A stretch of DNA of 64,000 nt from Tetramitus jugosus (taxonomy: Eukaryota; Protista; Heterolobosea), in the NCBI GenBank assembly GCA_937625935.1, contig OW569373.1, positions 409,357-473,356 of the forward strand, in the 5' to 3' direction. Positions within the stretch are counted from its first letter, which is position 1; the number at the start of each line of letters is the position of its first letter. The notes under the pieces are model-generated. The model had not been told where the DNA came from. It did not search any database and was given only the letters and a program-made list of their open reading frames with translations. The translations under genes and the position numbers were made by a program. Below are positions 56,330-64,000 of this stretch, piece by piece.

Positions 56330-56910
56330 TTAGAGCTTATCAGGCTTATTGTTTCTGTAGTAGTTCTGCACATAGCTATTACCTATATGAGCAATCTGTT
56401 TGCGTCTATTGGTGTAGATATAGTCAATCAGAGTCATTAATTTCTCTTCACAGTTTACTACTCTGGCTACTATTTCAACTTCTGAAGCATTCGGACCAAG
56501 TAGCTGAATAGTATACTGTCTGCATCTGTCAATACCAACTTCTCCCAATGCCTCTATTCTATCTGCATCTGATACTATGTTCAAAAGGAGTCTGCTCCCA
56601 TATTCTGTCTCTTGTTGTTTACTTCCTTTGAATACGAGACATGATCGATAATAGCAATCACTCTCTTAGCATCTGTCTTGTCAAACAGATTATGAATGAA
56701 CTTGTGCAATTCCTGCTCAGATACACACTTATCCTTGTACTTATGATCTCTGACATCATGTAGGAGGGCAGCTGCTGCAACGATATCGGTTCTGAGTACA
56801 CCCTCGTGTTCCGCAATGTCCATAGCATTGTTATAGATAGCTAATGCGTGTTCTACACCATGAGAACTATCAAAATGTTGCGTGTGCTTTTGTACGCTGG
56901 ATACATATTT
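56330..56910 (-). pseudogene. HD-domain phosphohydrolase, frameshifted near 56583
   Basis: HFDSSHGVEH, ALLHDVRDHKY, IIDHVSYSKE, then IVSDADRIEALG in a different frame. Confidence 0.8.
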
Positions 56911-59900
56911 GTTTCTTATTCTGAGGTTTGACTGCTCAGTGTGTTAAATACTATATATGTTCTGTTGTTTCTCAACTATGAACAAGTCACCAGAGATTGT
57001 AAAGTTTACAGTTGCACACTACAGTCTAACGGCTATAAATGTGAAGATAATGACGACGTCGAAGAAAACCAACAGCAGAGTTTGATAGAATAAGTCATTT
57101 CAATGATAGATATTCCTGAATACTACGTCTGGTGCTTCATACAACTTCAATAATGAATGTATTAAGATTCATAAAGCATTGGTTGAGATTATGGAGCAGT
57201 ATGAAGCATAGACTGTTGACCGAGCTGAGAAGAGAAGAATAGCAGCAACATCTACAGCATCATTACAACGAATACAATCATTTAGCAAACGTGGATGAAA
57301 CAAGGAATAGCAAAAGGGGATATTGTAATAGTTGCATTGTACACTATCTATCTCTATGGCCAATCACAGCAAGCACAAGACAATTGGTGGTGAGTACCAA
57401 GTCTATAGTAATTATTGGTTGTAAAGTTGTCGCATCATGTGCCTGATACTCTGCAAATCCTAGCTCTTTGTTCAGCTCTTCTAGTGCATAAGATCCCATA
57501 CCAGGAACAAATATCTGACGAGCTTCAGGGCACTAAAATAGTACAGCGTACTAGGATAGGTTACACCACTCTCTTCCAAAGCATCATTAAAAATATTCAT
57601 GTCGAAGTTATATGTTGCCCAGAACCAAGCTAATACACCAGATGTTGCGTTCAGTTACTGATCGTATTGAACTGAAACATTCATCACTTCTGCGGGCTGT
57701 GGTGCAGTTGTAATCACAGTATCATTAGCTGTGATATTGAACTTCTGTGCATTCTTAGCTGTTTTGGGAAGTGGCTGTATGTAATCTCGATAAGCAAATG
57801 AACCTATACCCTTTTGATTAAATGCACTGAGCTGAGCTATCTGATAGAACTGCTTACCACCTCTACGCTTGATTGTAGACTTTCTGTAGTTAGCGCTTCT
57901 GTAGCACGATTCAAAGTCCAAAAAATATGATCGAACTGTTGCTACCAAGTCTGTTGCACCTAATGCTCGCACATTCGAGTGTCTCAGAGATCCCACAGAT
58001 GTTCGAAGTCATGAGCTTGTATTATTTCCATTCTATGATAATTGGTCAGAGTCTGGTAACATGATGGTGAAAAGGATCATTGATAGATGCAGTACTCTAG
58101 CAGAATTTGTTGATGAATTGGTTACTTTGGTTTGGAACGTGCATATGTTTTGAGTCGTGCTGGATTCGGTACTCGTGTTTTGGTAGAAGAATTGAGGCTG
58201 AAAGTGAAGGATGCTTTAGAATACAAGGTTGCCAGCATCAGGAAGGAACTACTAGATCTTTTCAGAGAAGAAGAATGCGATGATGATCCAGTGAATAATG
58301 AAGTTACAGATCTTAGCATAGATCCAGTACAGCATTGCACATTGAATGCCAACATTGTCAACAACTGGATACTTTAGAGATATTGAATGCTAAAGAATGT
58401 ATTGTTGAAGGAGTGGTCACCACGAATGGAAACTCTTTTATGGTAAGAGACAATTACAATGATAACATGGTAGCACTAGTTCAGATTGTGAAGAAGAATG
58501 ACAAGCGATCACTATTCTGTATTTGTGAAGAGAAGAAGAAAAAATAAATGTCAATGTGTCCTGCATTCAGGTGTAAATTGAGAAATTACCCAGGGAAAAT
58601 TTTCGAACTCCAAAAGGTTTTGGACCATCACAGAGTTACCCTTAACATGGAAGATAATTCCATCACGGTACTTTTCTTATCATAGACCACCGTCAGATTA
58701 ACTAAAAATTCCCCGAATATCTCTTGAAAAAGCATTGAGTTCCGAGCAGTTGGGATCTCTTTTCTTCAAGGTCTGGAAGAGTTATTGTCCCTCCAACTTA
58801 AGCTCCTTTTTTCTGATATCATATCTCATGCAGGTTTGTTTCAGGACAACAACTCATATCATCAGGACCCAGGAGGCAACCCAAACAGAAGCATGGAGAA
58901 AAACATTTGATCACTGTATTCTGCGCTGCACATGTAGCAAATACTGCTGTTCAACTTGCCAGCAGAATGAGAAGAAAGACGGAAGATGGTTATAAAGATC
59001 TGGGATATTTGTCAGAACTCTCACCAAAGAGTACAGAGCATCACAGGTTATGCAGGGGTTTATATTTGAGGCGACAGGCCATTATAGTCCCTTTTACCAG
59101 AATCTGGCTGATTTCAAAGTGATATATGATAATCTGGATACATTTAGAGAAGCTATTGAAATTACAGGACAGTATGCAACTATTCAGAAGAAGCCGCATC
59201 CAGAGTTAACTATACTTCAAACTATGTTTTTGTGCCGATACTGTAACGGCACTCTATGTCAATGTGATCGAAGTAAAATAATGAGACCATATCTGAATAT
59301 GCTGGGAGAAAAGAAAAGAAGCATTTGACGTTTATCCAGCTCGAGGACATATTGTAGAGAAGGTGAAGGTTATCAATGTGGAACAATTGCTTGTTAACTC
59401 TGAATCTCAGATATTTAACTCTGAATATGTTTCTGAGAAGGACATCACTTGCACTCGAAAGATACTTAAGGTCAGAGAAGCTGTATCATTGATGGAGAAG
59501 ACTCTAAAAGCGTGGTGTGACTAGAAGAAGTTATTGGACAGTTCAAATCATCTGGAGCATACCCCAACATTACTGACAAAATCTTGTTCTTTTCTCAGAT
59601 CAAACCTTTCTGCTTCAAAGAAAAGTTAGCAACAGTCATTCTGTACTTCTTGCCTTCCAACACTAGTTCTTTGGTAGGTGTGCCAGTTTTCAGCCACTTG
59701 CCACAACGATCATGTATCCTTCACATCATACTTCTTTACAGAGTCCTTCTTCATTGAGACAAAGAATACAATTGCTTGGAACTCGTCAGGATATGTCAAA
59801 GTAAGAGTGCTTTTGGTGGTTGAACTCCATTTGTTAATCAATAAGTTTAGTGCCTCAGTGTAGATCAGGTGTTTTGTTTCGTTATGGTACTCGCTCAGTG

Positions 59901-60445
59901 TATGTACTACTTGTTGTGACATGTTTTGTTGTGCTGTTTTGTTGATGAGTGGAGCGCCACAAGTCAAATTTCAATTTGCATAGCTGTAAGTTTTTGGCGC
60001 CATGACTTGGAGAAAACCGGGAATTTACAGGACCTACCAGGATCCCAGGTTTTGCACAAAATGGGAATCCCACGGAAAAACTGGGAATTCCTGGGAATCC
60101 CGCTCCCACATTTCGGTTGACCCTCGCTTAAATAAATAAAATTGTTTAGAAAATTCTTCTACTGGAGTGAATATATTTTTCGGACCCTTCTCAAAAATCG
60201 ACGGACCTATTGAGCATTTTTTGAGTACATGTGACCTTTTATGTCGGATTTCATGCTATCATGGTTAATAGATACTCTTTCCCTCATTTTAATTGATTAT
60301 TGTTATTAAGAAATTTTCGATTATTATTTCGTTGAGTTGGGAAATTTGTTGATTTTGCTGACTATCTCGTTTGATCAATATCTTAAGCATGTACTTGTTC
60401 AATGGTTTCTGGTAGACATTTAAATTAAAAGTACCATAAGTCAAC

Positions 60446-60860
60446 TCATAATATTTTTATAATTAGATGTATAAATCCAGGAAAACATTGTGCAAGCGAT
60501 GAATAGGTCGTCAATATGGAATCTATTGTATAGTGCTGCAACTCATATGCAAGTAGTACAAGGTTGGCTAATTCTGGTGCACAATTTTTTTTCCATGGAA
60601 GGCCGATTACTTGCTTAATAATGGTGTTGTTGAGTTCCTCACACCTAATGTAGGTGCAGATTAGTATGAAGTGCAACAACAATTTTATTGAACTTATTTT
60701 TTGTGTTGGTGGTTGCTTTTTGTGAGTGCGGAGTTTCTGGAAAAACTCCGATTGGATGATCAACTGTCCAAATGGTGTCCTGGAGGTCTCTTTAGTGGCT
60801 CAGTGAATGAACAAGCCTTGGATTATTGATTTGTCTTGGAATCGGCAGAAAATTGGGCAT
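60446..60860 (-). mobile_element. Penelope-like element reverse transcriptase remnant
   Basis: KQVIGLP(W)KKNCAPELANLVLLAYE (degenerate QxxGxPMG..CAPxxANL), followed in a shifted frame by RFHIDDLFI at ~60500-60525. Confidence 0.7.
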
Positions 60861-61105
60861 AAATTTCCCTTTCTTTGGGACCGATTTTTTCCTCTCCGAT
60901 GTCTTTGCTTGTATGTTTTATTGTTTTGTTTGCTGCTTTTTTTTTGCTCTTCCAATAATCACTCCGAGGCAATGAAAGCAAACAACATACAAAACCCAAA
61001 CTGCACAATCGTACAAGGGGAAAAGTCAGACAATGACTTTATATTGAGAACAAAAAACATTACACCAGAAGATGCAGCACAAATTATCAGATTCCTAAAA
61101 AACAA

Positions 61106-61873
61106 CTACAACCCTACAGTGCTGAATTCTATCTCTTCTTCATCACTGGAGACTTGCTTTGCCTTCTTCTTTGGACGATCAGATTCAACAGGTTGTCTCC
61201 GTTTCCTCTTTTCAGTTCCATTCTTCTTTGCTCCAGTCGCAGACGATCCTGCGGAACTTTGCTCGAATGATGACAGCCCACCAACATATTGCATTACTTG
61301 TGCAACAGAATGCTTGCATGCAACTGCCACAGGACAAGAACACTTGGAAGTATGGATCTTGTCTGAAGTGAAGAATGTCTCAACATCATAGATGGTGTTC
61401 TCAATGTTTCCAATACACGATCCACATATAACAAACCCTTTATCCTTTTCACGAACGGAGAGTTGTACAATCTTACCATCCTCATGATATTGTGTGCCTC
61501 GAGCCATCACTGCTTCACCATAAAAGATGGACAAATCTTGTCTACTAACAGCAGAGGTTATGACAGTCTTGTACTTGGACAGATCAGCTGTAGCAAATGC
61601 AGGAACTACCTTCTGAGACTTATCTCCATCATCATTTTCATCTTCATCAGATGGAACAAAATCAGCATCGTCATCATCTTGAACTTCCCTGGAAGCTACT
61701 ACCACTCTCCGATCTTTGTTGTTCTTTAACTCCTGCAACAACCTGGGAATGATTGACATATCAACGTTTCTTGGAGCAGGGAGACCTCGGGCCACAGTAT
61801 CCATTGGTCTTTCATCGAAAATGTCACGATCGGTTTCATAAGCGTCATTTTTACCTGTCCTTCTCTTGTTCAA
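61106..61873 (-). CDS. SWIM zinc-finger protein, lacking an ATG start (5' end abuts telomere-like repeats)
   Basis: ARGTQYHEDGKI...YDVE...SKCSCPVAVACKHSVA (CxC...CxH). Confidence 0.7.
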   Translation of the reverse strand: MNKRRTGKNDAYETDRDIFDERPMDTVARGLPAPRNVDMSIIPRLLQELKNNKDRRVVVASREVQDDDDADFVPSDEDENDDGDKSQKVVPAFATADLSKYKTVITSAVSRQDLSIFYGEAVMARGTQYHEDGKIVQLSVREKDKGFVICGSCIGNIENTIYDVETFFTSDKIHTSKCSCPVAVACKHSVAQVMQYVGGLSSFEQSSAGSSATGAKKNGTEKRKRRQPVESDRPKKKAKQVSSDEEEIEFSTVGL

Positions 61874-61888
61874 CTCGTCTCTGGCCTC

Positions 61889-62189
61889 TTGGGTTGGGTT
61901 GGATTTGGGTCTGTGACTTTATATTCGCTTCTGAACCGACAAAATATTGCCTTTTATGGAAGAGGAGTGTCTAAATATGGTTTTGGGAGAGTTTTGAGTT
62001 TGGGTCGGGATTTATGTCATAAGTCCAATCCCAACCCAAAGGGTTTGGGTTTGGGTTTGGGACTTTATATTCGCTTCTGAACCGACAAAACATTGCCTTT
62101 TATGGAAGAGGAGTGTCTAAATATGGTTTTGGGAGGTTTTTGAGTTTGAGTTTGGGGTTCATGTCATAAGTCCAGACCCAACCCGAAGG
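61889..62189. repeat. Two-copy 146-bp-period subtelomeric tandem repeat with embedded telomere-like tracts
   Basis: GACTTTATATTCGCTTCTGAACCGACAAAA... at 61915 and 62061; each copy is preceded by TTGGG/TTTGGG runs and ends in CCCAACCC. Confidence 0.9.
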
Positions 62190-63256
62190 AATTTTCAGTA
62201 CAAATACTTCATCTCAACGAGCTCTAACAGGATTTAACAGGATTAAAACTCTATCGTCTCGAAGAGACGATCGCTCCCTGCTGTAACTAACAGATTTTCT
62301 CTGCAACAGGATAAAAACTGCAACAGACTTCTATGAAAGGATTTTTCAGAAAAGCTTGAGATTATCACTGGACTGTATGATAAGAGAACAGTTTTTACAG
62401 ATTTTAGACTGAAATTTTAGACCTCTAGTATTCATTTGAAGCATTAATTCAGTTATTTCTGTTCTTTTTTGTTGTTGTTTGACATATTGAGTTGCATTTC
62501 GGTGCTCTGGCTTTTGATTGACTTAAAATTCTCTTGACCTGAAGATTATCACCGGTTTTAGAGATATTACGGATAAAATTGAGATATTTCATTGTTGAAT
62601 GAAATAGTTTAGGTCTAATAGGCTCATTTTTTGAATTTCATTTTGTGAATCATATGAAACACTCTTGAACTGGAGAAATCAACTAATTTGTACCGAATTA
62701 TTGATGATGAACGAGAGATTTCATTCTTGAAGGGAATATTTTGACATATTTGACAGGCAGAATGAGATTTAAACTTCTCAGTTCGTAAGATGAGTGCAGA
62801 GTAATAGTCCAGACCCAATCTTCATAAAATAAGAGTAGATCTTGCTTGTTGATAAGAATTCATACCTATGAACGTAATTGACTGAGAAATATTGCAGAAA
62901 ATACTATTTTGGAGTGAGATTGGCTCGTGAGAGAAATATATTTCTATTATTCAGACTTCCTTGGATGCAGAGTTGAATACCCAGACACAACCTGTCATTA
63001 CTGAAGAGAAATAGAAATGATTACATGTAAAACGTGTATATGACTCACTTGATTGCCTCTAAGCTTTCCAGATGTTGAGCTTTTTATGAGGATATTTCTG
63101 TTTTGGACAAAAGCTGAGGAGTGAATGTCAAATGATGGAAATAGAAATGGGGCGAGTGGTTTAACTTCCATTTATCTTATTTGATCAGATTTTAGATGAT
63201 AGATCGGTTCTGTTTTGAATTCGAATGAAATTTTTGATTTTTGGGAAGAAAGTTCA

Positions 63257-64000
63257 TTTGGGTTTGGGTTTGGGTTTGGGTTTGGGTTTGGGTTTGGGTT
63301 TGGGTTTGGGTTTGGGTTTGGGTTTGGGTTTGGGTTTGGGTTTGGGTTTGGGTTTGGGTTTGGGTTTGGGTTTGGGTTTGGGTTTGGGTTTGGGTTTGGG
63401 TTTGGGTTTGGGTTTGGGTTTGGGTTTGGGTTTGGGTTTGGGTTTGGGTTTGGGTTTGGGTTTGGGTTTGGGTTTGGGTTTGGGTTTGGGTTTGGGTTTG
63501 GGTTTGGGTTTGGGTTTGGGTTTGGGTTTGGGTTTGGGTTTGGGTTTGGGTTTGGGTTTGGGTTTGGGTTTGGGTTTGGGTTTGGGTTTGGGTTTGGGTT
63601 TGGGTTTGGGTTTGGGTTTGGGTTTGGGTTTGGGTTTGGGTTTGGGTTTGGGTTTGGGTTTGGGTTTGGGTTTGGGTTTGGGTTTGGGTTTGGGTTTGGG
63701 TTTGGGTTTGGGTTTGGGTTTGGGTTTGGGTTTGGGTTTGGGTTTGGGTTTGGGTTTGGGTTTGGGTTTGGGTTTGGGTTTGGGTTTGGGTTTGGGTTTG
63801 GGTTTGGGTTTGGGTTTGGGTTTGGGTTTGGGTTTGGGTTTGGGTTTGGGTTTGGGTTTGGGTTTGGGTTTGGGTTTGGGTTTGGGTTTGGGTTTGGGTT
63901 TGGGTTTGGGTTTGGGTTTGGGTTTGGGGTTTGGGTTTGGGTTTGGGTTTGGGTTTGGGTTTGGGTTTGGGTTTGGGTTTGGGTTTGGGTTTGGGTTTGG
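63257..64000 (+). repeat. Telomere, (TTTGGG)n, about 124 units with one G-extended variant near 63923
   Basis: Direct reading; G-rich strand runs to the window end. Confidence 0.97.

Noticed and set aside
61106-61873. SWIM ORF as a MULE transposase
   Set aside because: No DDE domain or long TIRs; the RGxxY motif before the SWIM finger fits stand-alone SWIM proteins
1-64000. Ciliate origin or alternative genetic code suggested by the TTTGGG telomere
   Set aside because: Long conserved ORFs have no in-frame TAA/TAG and end in all three standard stops; the arm is far longer than a nanochromosome

Overview
Gene-dense eukaryotic (protist) chromosome arm ending in a (TTTGGG)n telomere at 63257-64000. 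It uses the standard genetic code with short GT-AG introns; a heterolobosean/Discoba-like host is an inference from gene content (RGS-START, RCC1 and LRR families, ARL13B). 1-17.9 kb holds housekeeping genes: ARL13B, a putative ATP synthase subunit d, tRNA-Ser, a mitochondrial carrier, an EDR1-kinase, an HhH-GPD glycosylase, tafazzin, a PPR protein, an SR-like RRM protein, an HNH-like/MYND protein and an RCC1 protein. 18-26 kb is a transposon island around tRNA-Val: a decayed LINE just upstream of the tRNA, a second LINE remnant, a piggyBac fragment and an intact two-ORF PIF/Harbinger-superfamily element with TIRs and an AAT target duplication. 29.5-32.4 kb carries a bacterial-type metE and a peroxiredoxin. 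The most striking feature is a mirror-symmetric six-gene cluster at 32.7-41.8 kb (A1+ B1+ H1- H2+ B2- A2-): two head-to-head atypical HSPA12-like Hsp70 genes, one fused to vWA, each accompanied by a pair of coiled-coil proteins with a GrpE-like C-terminus. Distal to ~48 kb the subtelomere holds pseudogenes, a kinase-HECT fusion, an RGS-START gene, a frameshifted HD hydrolase, a Penelope-like RT remnant, a SWIM ORF and internal telomeric repeats. All assignments come from reading motifs by eye; no searches were run.
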